Positions 10,948-24,965 are shown, counted from the whole stretch's first letter. The stretch: DNA of 61,937 bases, filler included, from Sphacelaria rigidula (GCA_964200075.2; 10 parts of 10 records of this genome joined end to end with filler, not necessarily neighbours in it); one strand, 5' to 3'. Translations and numbers: made by a program. The notes: a model not told the origin generated them from the letters alone.

Positions 10948-13351
10948 GAGTTATGTTTATGTTGACCGTACGGTATTTATGTTCAGAGTGGTCCATTTTG
11001 TGCCGTTCATGCGACGGGGTGGATGTCCTGGCACACTAGCATAGTGAAGCCATATATATATAATATATAATAAAATATATATAATGTATATCGGACTGCC
11101 GCGTTGTTTCTTCGTGAAGGCGTGAGAATTGTCGGCAGGTAGGATGGATCGGTAGATCAACACTAGTTGTACTCTGATGCCTTTATCGGGCAAGTCATCG
11201 ACTGAAGCGTTCTATGGTACTCCGTGTAATGAGTAGTATTTGGTGTGCCTGTAAGATAAGATAGGGGTACCGGGGAGAGTTGGGGGGGGTCGCTTTTGAA
11301 GTTGTGGGTGTTTTGACAAGCGGGCCTGTATGCCTCTACCAATGGTGACTGGGCAGTCAGGAAAACCGTGGGTTTTATGTTAGAATAATGCGTTGATGAT
11401 ATATAGCGCGCAACGACGTTTAATTTCCTCGTTTGTTTATTTATTTATTTGGTGGGCGCGTTTGTTTGGTCACTTTTGGGGAACGGGTCAGGTAGCTGAC
11501 GGCCGACACTGTAGTAAAATATTTGCCGATCACCCATCGAACGCTTAGGCGGCGAAAGAAAAGACTGCCGTGTTGCACATTTGAAGGAGTGGGTTGGGCG
11601 GGGGATGACAGCGTTGTAGTTTATTGTGTTTCCTCATTTATTTCCATCTAGGGGAGGGAGGGAGGGAGGAAGGAACAGAGGGAAGGGGGCTGTTTCGTAA
11701 ATAAGTGGTCCAATCAATATTAATTTAGTCACATGTCATGTATTTCTTGTCTTGGATATTGTTAACTTGCGCTTGTCCCTATATAATACTGCGTAGTATA
11801 TATTGTGTAGAGACGCGACGTTTGACGGATCCTGTATCAAGGTGGCACACGCAAAGATATACAGGTGGGAGTTCCATTCCGTGGCGTGGCGTGCTCGTGT
11901 GATGTAGTGTTTTCCCCCAGTTGAAGTGTGTTTTCTCGAAGCGTTGTACACTATTTTCCCACCTTCACTTCCCATGGGTTGGATTTGGAGGGGGGAACGC
12001 TCTTGTATGATGACCTTGTTGCAGCTGGAAAGCAGCTCTCTCGGGATGCGAGATAATCAACGGCTGGCGTATTTGCGAGTGGATTCTGTAGTGTTGTGAA
12101 AAAAATGGAATGCCATGGTGGTGGTGAAAGTCGTGTCTTGTGTGTGGGTATGTGTGCGTGCGTGGTGCTGTGTGTGTGTGTGTGCTCGTGTGTGTTTATA
12201 ATCATATTTGGCTAAGGGGGGGGGGGGGGGGGGGGGTACCCATGATCTTTCATACGGGGCGTATATGGCCATGGTCCTCGAACCCCACCAAAGCCGGAAA
12301 GAAAACCGCNNNNNNNNNNNNNNNNNNNNNNNNNNNNNNNNNNNNNNNNNNNNTTAATTAATTAANNNNNNNNNNNNNNNNNNNNNNNNNNNNNNNNNNN
12401 NNNNNNNNNCGTCACGAGTCGACTCATCATACTAAAACCAAGTAATTTACAGACGAATCATTATTTGTCCGACCCTTGAAAGGAATGCTTCTGAACCCAA
12501 AAAGTGGAGTGTCTAGCTCAGTCTACCAGCGGGGGGATCGCCGTCTGAGGGTTAGGGAGGGCCCTTACGTAAGTATCGAACCTCGATTAGACGTTTTCAC
12601 CCCAAAACGTTACGAAATGCACATGCGAAACGCTTGCCCCTGATAGTACGCAGAGCATAGGAAACACCTGTACAGGGGTCCAGAGTTTCACCACCAGTAG
12701 CGCTTGCATTACTGGGTGGAGCTGTGCTCCTGTGTTGTATGCTCGATGTCGAAGCAAAGACAAGGGCACGCCTGTGAGAACATTGAACGCGATGTAGTTA
12801 TCTCACACCATCATATTATGATGAAAAAATATGAGCATGTTACCTCCCTGGACAATCAGAGATTTGGGAATCACGAGGAACGATGCCCTTTGTCTGCGGG
12901 TGGATACTAAAGGGCGGATGCATAGACACAGAATATACTACGAGTAGGAAAAAACAGACATCGGATCTACTTTATACATGGTTGTGCTTTGTCGGGCCGT
13001 CCTTGTCTCCATCTATACTGTAGTACTTCTGCTCGGTGTTCATGTTTCCTGCTCATGGCCGATCGTTATCGTTAGCCTGAAGTTCCGCTGGTGAAGTATA
13101 TACTTGGGTCTCTACAGATACCATTTGTACTGTACGCAGGTCATATGCGACGAGATCATTGATCGTCACATCCCCGTGACTAGAGCAATGGAGAAACGCG
13201 GGGTTGTATCGAGGTGGTAATCTGTAAAATTGCAACATGCACACGGACGGCAACGCGGGCGCGGTGCCGAACAGATCAACACTATATATGTTACATGCAA
13301 CCTCACAACACGCGAGCTTTCAAAATCTGTCGCACACAACTAAAAACGTAC

Positions 13352-13671
13352 CCCGCGTCCGACAGATGTAAGCAGGTAGGCCACCCACAGAATCCATCGC
13401 CACCCAGCACAACTATCTTCTTTGCAGCACCCGAAGACATAACCATACCCTCTGCATGGTCTCCAGCTCCCGTAACCGTAGTCACCGCCGGGCGCGCTGC
13501 AGTTGCCCTCGACGCTGATGAGGGAATGGCAGACCCGCCTGAGGTTAGGGTGGAGATGGGCGCACCTCCCCGGGCAAAGCTCGAAGTAGATTGTAGGAAC
13601 GCATTGGTTGTACTGAGTAGGGTAGTGCTGGAGAGCAGTGCTACGGAGTAGCACAGCATGGTGTTTACCAT
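13352..13671 (-). CDS. SQD1: UDP-sulfoquinovose synthase, first coding exon with bipartite plastid-targeting presequence (rest of gene not on this contig)
   Basis: KKIVVLGGDGFCGWPTCLHLSDAG is the SQD1/SqdB N-terminal Rossmann motif. Signal peptide ends TNA|F, followed by a Ser/Ala-rich transit peptide. Donor GG|GTACG at 13351. Confidence 0.9.
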
Positions 13672-14629
13672 GATGGATGGGTGGGTGGCAGCGACGGCAG
13701 TGTACGGTTGACAGCGCGTACAGCACGGACAGTACTGCCCTTCGGCATCCTGAGCTGCGTCCTAAAACGTCGATTTGTTGAGATATGACGTTTGTATATA
13801 TCTGTTATGATGCTCTGCCACACGAGTTTCTATTTTCAATGTTATGATATTGTTTGTTATCGCTCTCATCCATTATTATTATTTATCGCTCTCACCCATA
13901 TGTGTGTGAATATATATATACTGTAGAGAGAGAGAGAAAAAGAAAGAGATACATATCAGTACATAGAACTTAGAGCGGAATCATTGAGGAATTCGGAAGG
14001 TTTCCTGTTGGAACCGCCTGAGCAGAGAAATATGGTTATTACCATGCCACGACAATGGAAACACACATGGCGGGTATGAGGTATGACATGTAGGTGAATG
14101 TGCCTATTTAAAACAATAACACATCTTGGATTCAAAGGGGATCAAGCAGGCAGCCGCTCAAAGCGAAGGACAAAGCTGCCCAATCCTCCAGCAGGTGAGG
14201 TGCCCTTGCGGGTGCATAGTGGAGATCATAGATTTCTTGAAATGTTGGTGATTTCAATAGGTTGCACATGCATGTGCTCAACAGAATGAGAGCTATATAC
14301 AGCACTCCAGAGTTATACTGTACTCCCTCCTGAATCGGTCCTGTCCCCAAACAGGAGACTGCACTGTTGTACTGAGCTGTATATCACTGTTTGGTCCTGC
14401 TGAATCATACGATACCATGTAATTTACCTGCTGTCGAATCTATCGCTTGACTTTCTAGCGAAAGCAAAACATAGGTGCATCTCCAGTTGAGGCAGTAATC
14501 GATCATTCCGATGCGTCGAACACCGTACTATACGAGGTATAGCACCCCCATGTGACCATTTCTGAAGCACGATTCTCCTGTGGGAAACAACATCCTGTAT
14601 ACCGGAAGGGCCCGTGCGCAGCAAATTCC

Positions 14630-15154
14630 CAGGGAGGGATACGTGACACACGTAGAACATTTGAAAAAAACGGAAAAAAACGTAACTTTGGGCCATTTGA
14701 CGCAACGTAAGGTTGATTTTTTTGACGAGACGAATGCAACGTAACGTGATGTAACATGTGGACCTTAACCCTTAGACCGCGAGATTAGTCTTTCTGGATC
14801 ATGCATACTTTTTTTCACTTGAAATTGATGCCGATTCAACGGGAGACTAACCTCGCGGTCTGAGGGTTAAACCAGTGTCTCTTGGTATTTTCCAGATATA
14901 AAGACAGGCTGTTTTTGTGAATTTTTTAAGTGACATGTGACACGTAACATATTCACGAAAACAAGCAGAGTTTTCGTCACATTTGGAAAGTAAAACGAAA
15001 TGTGAGGGTTCATGCGAAGGACCACACGTTACATCACGTCACGTTACATATGTCCCATCCAAAAAATCAAATCTTACGTAGCGTTACATTACCCAAAGTT
15101 ACGTGTTTTCGAATGTGTCACCTTAAAACGTCACATGTCACGTATCCCTCCCTG
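14630..15154. mobile_element. Non-autonomous hAT-like element with long subterminal inverted repeats
   Basis: Ends CAGGGAGGGATACGTGACA...TGTCACGTATCCCTCCCTG; 8-bp TSD CAAATTCC/CAAATTTC; ~130-bp imperfect inverted arms. Confidence 0.85.
14769..14866. mobile_element. 98-bp piggyBac-like MITE (copy 2), nested in the hAT-like element
   Basis: TTAA|CCCTTAGACCGCGAG...CTCGCGGTCTGAGGG|TTAA. Confidence 0.88.
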
Positions 15155-15344
15155 CAAATTTCTACAGCAGCCTTCAAATAATGCAAGTGTTGACCCTAAT
15201 GGCACAGGATTCAGATAGAAAAAATCAGTGTTGCAATTTCATCACCACTGGGTGCCTGTGAGATACGCGGTGCTTGTACTGTACAACATTCGGTAGGGCT
15301 GTGAGCTGGACCAGTTGATAAAGAGCTTCGGACGGTGATATTTC

Positions 15345-16586
15345 TAGGGCTGTGAACTGGACCAGTTTATACTGTCGATTAAAATAGAACTGGAGTTATA
15401 CTGGAACTGGCGACGAGGGTGCCAGTTTATCCAGTTTATTTGAGGTTTGCCGTCACCGGCTATTTTTATACCAATTTTGGTATTATGAGTTTATTTCAAA
15501 GGTCCACGACACAAGGTATACAATTTGACGGTACAATTCAGGCCTGCATATGACAGTTGCAGGGGAAAATTGGGTATCAATTGAGACGGAGGGCGCTTTG
15601 AAGGCGTCGACGGAAATTGTCGATGATTCGAGAAGCAGCTGTGCACAGCATTATACTTCGTCTTCCGTGTTTCGGTCGACTTGCACAGCATAGGTCTGGC
15701 GCTCTGTGGTAGTGCAGGACCATAGCACATGAAGAATGGGTTTGCCCTGGGCCAGTCACTAGCTGACTACTTCAGGTGTTTTCTGCTTTTTTTTCGTCCT
15801 CTTGTTTCGTTGGTACCTCGTGGTTTTGCAGTTTTCCTTTTTTTCGGCCGTGGCGTGTAGGTGGACGGCTGGTCCGTCGAACGAGGAAAGAAAAGAAAGA
15901 AGGAGTTGAAACTTACTTACGGCGGCACGCTTGATGCGGCACTGCCAAACGCCAAACCCCGATTGCCAATTGCCAAGTGCATGAAGAGCCTTTTGAACAT
16001 GATGCAGCACATGCTCACTACAGCTCAAAGTGATACGGCGGATACATGCCAAGGTTTATTGTCGTTTCATTGCACGACATCCGAAAACAGTAATAATAAC
16101 AAACGGTAACCCGCGACCAAAAAAATACAAAATACACCATGGCTTGCTGTTCAACTACATGCGTACGTGTTTGTCGGCCCGGACGTGGATTATTTTGCGC
16201 TCTTATCCCCAAGTGCTGCCAGCCCTGACTCCCTTGTTCTCATCCTCCGCTCCTCACGGAGAGTCTCTGCCGCTGCGTGTTACAGATGAACGATTTTCGA
16301 ATCGCTCACCGCTTTGAATGGGATTTTAATATCATCTACGCCTCTTCGCGCCTCAATGTGAGGGGTCACATTTTTTCGCCACTATCCACGTTTTTGAAGG
16401 GAAAATAAGCCGAATATCGCATTTTTTTTGGCCTCCGGTGGCGCTCCCGCGACCCCCCTTCACCAGCCACGGAGAGCCGTTGGGACTTGCGGCTTCGCCA
16501 ATTAGCTGGGAAAACATTGATGTACTGGCCGCTGGCGCGGCCAGTTTGATCTCAACTGGCCAGAGCTCTGCCGGTTCACAGCCCTA
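15345..16586. mobile_element. ~1.24-kb non-autonomous hAT-like DNA transposon, with an extra left-end copy at 15294
   Basis: TIRs TAGGGCTGTGAACTGG / CCGGTTCACAGCCCTA; multiple subterminal CCAGTT/AACTGG motifs at both ends. No clear TSD. Confidence 0.7.
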
Positions 16587-19259
16587 GTTTTTTTTCTTAT
16601 ATTAGAGTCAGAGTGAAGAGAAAAATAGACGGTAACGGTGCACGTTCCACTCTGATTTTTGTTGAGAGCGAGTTTTCAGCGTCAGTGTACCGTTTGCACC
16701 TCTTCACTCTGAAAGCCATTGTGCCTCTTCATGGTTCATGACGGGACGATGAAGAACTACCCCCACCCCCACCACCATAGTCACGGCCTGTCCAAAATCA
16801 ATATGCCCTAAGAAACAAAGTGGGACATCCATCACAACCGCCATACTCATCACAATGGACCAGTCACGAAGTAGCAACGCTTTGCATCGCAACCAGGGGA
16901 TCTCCCTAACACCGCCATGGAATCATCATTCGCTCGGTTGTGTTGCGTGAAATTTCGAATTCTCGGCGGGTACGCGACGTTGCCTCGGGTGCAGTTTCTC
17001 ACTCCTGCCAGCCTCAGCTGGAAGGAGACGATGTGAACGATTCGTAGTCTCCGGCGCACGAGCAGTACTATACCTGGCTGCATCGCCATTCCGTTAGACG
17101 TCATGACGTCTTGCACCACCGTTATGGGTGGCATGTCGGAAAATCGTTCCAACGCGGCTATGCTGTTTCAAAGTGCTGCGTACTGTACTACCATAGTAGT
17201 ACAACTGACTGTACGGTATCGCTGTAGTTCACCGTACCGCAATGTACTGTGGTAGGGTTCTCATTGCACTCTCTATACTGCACTATCTGTACACCGCACA
17301 GCACTACAGCACTTCAGTGCCCTGTAGTGCACCGTCATGCTCGTGAAAGAAGGCCCTAGCGACCAGAAATCCGTCGGCGAAAAACAAAAAAATGAAGCGC
17401 GGAGGAATAATAAAGACTTCATGAACTGTTCGGACCTCTGCCGAACCTCTGCTGAACCTCTGCTGAACAGAACACATGCTCCATCCCAAGTTACTTAGGT
17501 TTAGTATGTGACAGCTGTATTTTTTCATCGCCTCGTTCTCGAGACAGGAAGCAATCGGACTGTGGCACTTCACAGCCCCCTGCACACACACTAGACCTAG
17601 TGACCTACGGGGCGGACTTTCTCAAGTCGCCACAGCGGACCCGAAAAGCCCCAGAACGTTGAAGGAAACGCGTTTTCAGGTCATTTTTGGCGGTTTGCAG
17701 AGTGCTACGGCCTCTGCGGCACGTGTTCCGGAAATCCGCTCCGTCAGTCACTAGTTATGGTGTGTGGGAAGCGCACGCATCAAACCGCAGTCCAATCCTC
17801 TGCTTGGTTGCCGAGCTCGCCGGTTTGAAAGATATGCACAACAACATACTGCAACAAGAGGGGCACAACAACACGAGCAGCAGCTTTCATCCTCCTGTTG
17901 TTGCAATCCCGTGTACAGGTGTACAGCAGCGTCAGTCACGGGTTTGTTGTAGAGTGTAATATACGTGGTAATACTAGTACATTTTGTTTGAGCGTGGTCG
18001 TCATATCGAGTGACCCGTGTACTTGTGTTTGATGCTGATTGGCTCATTTAGGTTTCATTTCTTCCGCATTCAACTGACTGTGTCGTCGGTTTTCCCGATA
18101 TGTAGTACCCAAAATCGGGCCCCATTCACCGGCATAACCGTAGTGCACAGAAGTACGGCAAGTGCAGTGAAACGTAGCGTACGACATGTACGGTGCCGCA
18201 GGGTACGGTACAACGCAGCCTCGCTAATGTTATTGTACAATCGGTGTTGTGCTGACCTATGCATTTTCGAAGTGGACGCTGGTCGATCGCACTATTGGTG
18301 GCACAACCTGCGTCCAACCACCGCGACGAAAAAATCCACGCCAAGCCACGTCATATCAGCTTCCGCTATGAACTTTTTGGCGTCCACTCTGAAGTTGCAA
18401 AGCCGTCACTCCGAGCTCTGACTCTATGATGAGTGCCCCCCCCCCCCCCCCCCCCCACCACACCGTCTCCCACGCGCGAGAACAAGAAGAAGAGAAGAGA
18501 CGAAAGGAGCGCTNNNNNNNNNNNNNNNNNNNNNNNNNNNNNNNNNNNNNNNNNNNNTTAATTAATTAANNNNNNNNNNNNNNNNNNNNNNNNNNNNNNN
18601 NNNNNNNNNNNNNTTTCGGACAGCGCTGTAAGATTACGGAGTCGATAAAATGCGCTGAAGAAGTATCTACGCGATCGAGGGGCATTAGGCCGACAAGAAC
18701 GTCATTGGGCACCATCGCTAAAAGCGTGGAGAAAGTACTGTTTTGAGCTCGAATCTCATTTCATTGATGAACCTCATTTTATATAATCCTCTGTTATATG
18801 CCACTTCAACCCCATATTTTGTATCAACTCCGTTTTCTAGGATTCACTGTTATATACAGTACTACTGTTGTTTGCCTGAACCGGGCTACTGACCATTTTT
18901 CACGCACTTGAGTTGTGTGGACGATTACCCTCGCGTCAGAGCGGTTTGTTACAGTCATAACACAATCCGTTGCCGCAGACGAACTCCGGTACCCATGATA
19001 TTTCATCAACCTGCACTTCATGTACCCGAATTAATCCACGTACACATGTACTAGCGTTTAGGTCGGCGATATTCTATTAGCCCTCCTCGTCGAGGCTCAG
19101 CCTCACTCATACCACACAAAAAAGTACTAGTTCCATTCCATGGTATCAGACAAACTCAAAAGCGAAGATGCCGGGGTACATGGAAGACTCAGCAAGGAAA
19201 AAAACCAAACTCATCAAGAAAATCATTATCTTCTTACCACGGAAATCACAAGATGCTCA

Positions 19260-22200
19260 TGACATAGTCACGGTGGAATTCAAAGCACTCTGCCGGTAAA
19301 ACCTTCGTAAACAAATCGGCATGCTGGTACTCAGATCTGACATGAATAATTGAAATATTCCCTATTCCCACTTATTCCCTGATATAATGGTATCTTACAT
19401 CGATGTGCTTATAGTTAGAGTTTGATATGTGATTATGTGCCATTTGAATGGCACCCTGATAGTCCTCGAACATCGGGATACATGTCTCTCCAATCTCAGG
19501 CAGCATGAATTCCCACACCTGTTTCAAAAATAGCACCTCCTTCGCCAAGTCGGTCATTGCTTCGTATTCTGCTTTAGAAGTCGACAACGCCACACACTTT
19601 TGCGTCCTCAAGAACCATGACACACATCCACCCCCGCACATGACTAGCCCACCCGACACTGATCGCCTATCGGCAGCCTTACTGGCGTAGTCTGCATCAG
19701 CAAATGCTTGAAAGCTGAGACCTTGCAAACTGCCTGTCCGAAAGGTAATGCCCAATGTACTCGTTCGCCTAACATACCCAAGTATACCGAGAGCAGTATA
19801 CGCCAGTGAATCAACCTTGGGGATGCGCAATATCTCGCTACCGCTCTCCCTGCGTTACAAATATTCGGTCTAGTCTAGTTTGCTAGCCAATTGAGTGACC
19901 CCACCAATTGTCTGAATGGGAACGGCGTGACCTACTCATCCTCATTGAAATCCTCGAGTTTTACACCTGCCCTCATAGGCGTCTTATTATTGTAATCCTC
20001 CGCCAACTCCTCTGCAAAAATATGTCGCGATACAGTAAGGGTTCCTTTTTTCAAGTCTTTCTCGTAATATAGTCCCGAATACCATCGCAACTCTCCTAGA
20101 TTCTTGACTAGACGCATCGTGTTCAGCTGTTCACCAAATCTATCACACCTTTCCTCATCCCCCACGGCAAAGATATCATCCATATATACCACCAAGGTGA
20201 TCACTACCTGGTTGTCGTCCATCAGTCGGAACACACACGAATCCGCCAAGCACTGATCAAAACCTAGATTCTTAGGGTATCCTGCTAGATGAAGATGCCA
20301 CTGTCTCGAAGCCTGTCTGAGGCCATAGAGCGATTTATTGAGCCCCACTGTCTCACCAGTTAAATTACCACAGCCATGAGGCAAACGCATAAAAACATCT
20401 TCGTCCAGTACGGACTGCACAAAAGCTTGCTTGATATCAAAATGGCGCAACGAAAGATTTTGCTCACAAGCAAGTGCTGTCAGCAACCGTACACTCGAAA
20501 CCGCTACTGTAGGTGCATATAATTCACCAAAGTCAATGTCTGCCCGCTGTCGATCTCCCCTTGCGACCAGTCTTGATTTTTGCTTTTCTTGGCCACCCAA
20601 ACTCATCAGCCTTCGTATTGTAAACCCATTTCGCGGGAAAAGTATTATTATCTACTGATTGCTATATTTCCGTATACATGGTTCCCGCTTCCTTCACGCC
20701 TTGAAACTCTCGCGCCATGGAGTCCTCCCATACTCGTCCCTGTTCCGGACGTGTTGCTTCAGCGTATGACTTTGGTGCTGTCAACTCTTTCACTGGACGA
20801 TGTGGAAGTCTAGGTAGTTCATGCGGCGGACGCTCCTCCTTCATCGCTATGTTGGTGTCCTCGCGCGTTGCCATCGCAGTCGCAGTCCGATATTGCAAAC
20901 CCTTGCGCCCCCCTGCCCCCTCGCCCTGCCGCTTCCTTCCGGTCTCTATTGCGGAGCGCGTTAGGTGGGCGGATAAAAGGGATGGTTTGTCGAGCTGCGC
21001 AAAATAATCCTTTTCATGATGAACAAGTGCGATGGTGTTGTCCCCCTTCCTCTCGGCTGTATGCTAGGCCGTCTCCGATCGGGTCCTCCCCGGTTGCCGA
21101 GGGTCACTACTCAGGTCAAGTTCCTTCTCCACCTTGTCGGGCAACGGTGATAGAGAGCGGTCTTGTAGATGGTGAGTTGCTGATGAAGCGTCTGCAATTG
21201 ATGATGGTGCTGGAGAGCAATTGAAAATCGGGGGTGAAGTTGGTTGACGGTGCAGCGAATGAAGTTGCTATGGTGGTGAAGTCGGCCGTGTGTCGCGCTG
21301 GTTTTGTTTGTGTTGTGTGGCGACGGATGGTGGTGGTGCCGACAATGTGGTGGAAGGTAGAGGTGAATGGTGTGCCGCACGAGTCGGTGTAAATGTCGGT
21401 GGTGACACGGTCGTCCGATGTAGTGGCGGTGGCAAAGTATGTTGCGGTTGCGGGGAAATGGGATAATAAGGTCGATGTCGCGGCGGAAAAGAATTGAAAG
21501 GTGGCGGCGGGACGGGATTGGAGGCTTATGGTGTCGTCCCTGCGGAGCAGTATAATATGGTCGTGGTGAGATGGACTAGTAAGGTCGCGGACTAGTACGG
21601 TGTGGCGGCGGCGGGTTGTAGACGGCGGCGGCGGGTGCGGAATGATGTGATGGTGGAGCAGCGCGGGGGTGCGGCGGCAAGTTGGTGGCGGCAGCGGCGG
21701 CATGTGGTTGCGGTTGTGGGGAAGCATAGTTTCGCGGCGGCGGCGGGTGCGGGATGATGTGATGGTGGAGCAGCATGGTGGTGCGGTGGCAAGTTGGCGG
21801 CGGCGACGGAAGCTGAAGTCTCGGTGTTGCCATAGTCCCCGCCCCTTCCGTCGAGCGGCGCTGATGGTTGGAGTGGTAGACGGGGCACTGTCTGGACCAC
21901 GTTGTTGGTATAAGAGACGGAGCCGATTGAGGCTTTGATGACCTTGACGATTGACGATGAATGGTTGCAGCCGTTGTTGAGATAGTAGCACTTGACAGCT
22001 TGCGGATCCATCTCGGAGCGTCGTGTGACCCTCCTCATCCGCGGTTAAAGGACGGGAACGATCTGAAGAGGACGGGCACAGCCGGTGAAAACCTGATACG
22101 GCGGGACCTCGCCAGGGTTGGCCATCGCGGCGCAGAGATTGAAGCCATCTGCGGCCCACACCGCGGGCTCCAACCAGAGCCTATCCAAGGTGCCACTGAG

Positions 22201-24300
22201 TCCCCGGATGTTCGTGAAGTCTTCAGCGGAGAAGAGGCGCGAAGGTTCACATCGCCCAGCGTGACCAGCCTTCATCATGCACCAGATTGCGCTCTCGGCC
22301 ACAGCGCTGTGCTTCGGGGTGTCGGGTGCCGTATACTCGCGGCGAATCCCTACCTCGTCACAGAAATCGATGAAGTCTTGCGAACGACATTCACCCCCGT
22401 AGTCAATGCGGAAGCACCGAGTAACACCGAATTGGCTGACGGCGGCCATGTATCCCTTGACCTTTGCCAAAGCGTGTGCCTTTCTCGCCAAGCCGCAAAT
22501 CATGATGGAACAAGACTTACTATCCATACAGGCGAGCATGTATAGTGACCCGCCTAGTGTCCGCCCATGCGGTCCTGTGACGTCGAGGTGGACGACGCCG
22601 AGGATCGTGGGTGACCGAGTACTTGAATGTGGGATCGCGGCGCGTCACCGTTCTGACTCCACACATCCTGCGCATGGCGCCAGCTGCCCTGTGAGAGTAA
22701 TGCCCCATTGGGCGGCGGTCGCTCGGAGAATGGTCTCGTGAGCATGGTAAAGGGCAACGTGAAGTATTTTATGTCCAACGTTTGTCGGAGTTTACCGACA
22801 GTGGATGGTCGACGGCCGGGGGCTATAGCTGCATGCGCCAAATTCAAAATCCCCTCCTCACTCAATTGCTGAAGGCTTAGAACTCGAGGGAAAAACGGTG
22901 GGGGATTACATGTAGCAATCTCATCCTCCTCGGACAGCAGTAAGTCCGGTAAGTGCAAACCTGGAACAGCAGTCAATCCTGTGGGAAACCTGTTGATGAA
23001 TCGACAGTAGCACGCGAAGACGCCGTCGCAGTAAATTTCGTTAGAGTAGTCGGGGTTGCACCGACAGAAGTACACGAAGACACGGCATTCGGGGGGGTTC
23101 TGACAGTAGCACGCGAAGACGCCGTAATCGGGAGCGCACTGACAGTAGCACGCGAAGATACAGTAGTCGGGGGGGCACTGACAGTAGCACGCGAAGACAC
23201 CGTAGCCGGGGGGGCACTGACAGTAGCACGCGGAGACACCGTCGCAGTATATTGCGCTACAGTAATCGGGGTTGCACCGGCAGAAGTACATGAAGACACA
23301 GCATCTGTAGAATGTCCCCCCATGGTGGGGACTGCAATCGAAGTATCATCCGATGTGGGCGGCAAACGTTTCGCGAACTGAGAAGATGAACGCGAGTTAT
23401 GGTCGAATCGTAATTGCCCGTCAAATAACGATATGCCTGCTCTAGTCAAATTAGTGTCCTGTTTGTACTGTACCTGATGTGAAGAGAGGAGATTGAACTT
23501 AATACCATCAAGCACACACATGTTAGTAAGCTTGACACAAACACTAGTGCGCTCAGCCCCGTCAGTGAGTCCTATGTAAAATCTGAGGTTGAGCCTATCG
23601 ATCGTTCTTACTGGGAGTACAGTACCATATCCTAGAATCACATTCTCGTTACCATGAGGAGGAACTCGCACATCAAATATCCCCTCCATATTTCCAGTAG
23701 TATGGTGCGATGCCCCGGTGTCCGGTATCCACTCTTCCGAATCATCACCTCTCCCCGACACCTCCCCACGATGCTTCATAGCATATCCCTGCAAATCAAT
23801 CTTACCAAGCCGAGTCTCGAGACTCGCCTTTTGACATGGAAAATGCCATATATAGTCGTGAATGCTCCGAGGTGTACGTATCGGGAGGCGGAGTAGGTGT
23901 AGCTGGTGGGGCTGCCGGCTGCTGATGCTGCTGCTGTTGGTCGTGAGGTGGAGCTGCGGTTTGGTATTGTTGTTGAAGGCTGTTTTCCGGGTTACGATAG
24001 TAGTAAGAGTGATGCTACTGGCCCGGTGGATGATTCTGTTGGGAATGTTGCTGTTGGTAGTAATATGTTGGTGGGAGATGTTGATATTATTGGGTAGATT
24101 GCTGTGGGTAGTTGTCTGCTGATGGGGAAGGTCGATAAATGTCTTGTGGGGGATGGTGAGGATTGTGATATGATGTGACTGCAGGACGTAGCCATGATCT
24201 TGGGCAAAAGTGACGTTGGATGATGGACATTTTCATGCTCAATTAGCGGAGAATTCGCTGCCCCTTGAGGTTGACGCTCTACGGAGAGCATGTATTTGAA
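19260..24300 (-). mobile_element. Decayed Ty1/Copia gag-pol (protease, integrase, RT, RNase H)
   Basis: WIPDTGASHHTTG, FRIDYGGE..YTAPDTPKHSAVAE, KSRLVARG, DIKQAFVQ, LNKSLYGLRQASRQW, VYMDD, ADADYA..DRRSVSG, KHIDVRYH. Many frameshifts; 5' limit approximate. Confidence 0.95.
23003..23300. repeat. 39-bp tandem repeat inside Copia pol, between protease and integrase
   Basis: Recurrent GACAGTAGCACGCGAAGAC; 13-aa period (ATVSSRATVSAPP) in the pol frame. Confidence 0.85.
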
Positions 24301-24965
24301 TTCAAAAAAAGGTAGTGACCCAACCATGGCATGAATTGAGTAGCACGGCTTTTGGGATTGTATGGTATGACCTTAGCTATGTTCATTTAGGGGGCGGCGA
24401 AGCGCGTTCAAAACAGCAGCCCCTACGATCGCTCTCTCTTCTCATCTCGGTTTTTGGCTGCGATTCACCAGTTTCCCCATTGGAGTATCTACAATCCGCG
24501 AGAAAGTGAGCCCCAGAGATAAGAGCAGTAGTCGGGCTGCTGTTTTGTCTGGTGTGTTTTATTGATTAAAGCTTAGGCCTGTTTCGGTTTGTGTTGTATT
24601 AGCTCGGATACAATCAATTATGTGGAACAAAAACGGTTCTAGGTCAGCCTGCGCTGCTGAGCTGAGTAAACAAACAGCGTACGCAGAGGTCTGAACCTTG
24701 GAACAATCTTGGTGAACNNNNNNNNNNNNNNNNNNNNNNNNNNNNNNNNNNNNNNNNNNNNTTAATTAATTAANNNNNNNNNNNNNNNNNNNNNNNNNNN
24801 NNNNNNNNNNNNNNNNNGTTTGTAGAGGTGTTTGTGGTAGTGGAGGCGGCGGGGAGGGCGGGGGGGGGGGGGGGGGGGGGGGGGGGGCTTGGGGAAGACT
24901 CCATCCTGTTGTGTGGTCTATGTGCAGGGGGCTTGGCGTGCATAATGTATCAAATTTCCAGTTTG

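Noticed and set aside
8860..13671. CCT gene nested in, or convergent with, SQD1
   Set aside because: They are on different contigs separated by an artificial linker.
18850..19090. 3' LTR of the Copia element at 19260-24300
   Set aside because: A purine tract (GAGGAGGG) is seen on minus, but no clean TG...CA termini could be fixed.
22554..23291. Cys-rich ORF (ACYCQCPP repeats) resembling a metallothionein
   Set aside because: Alternative frame of the 39-bp repeat within Copia pol.
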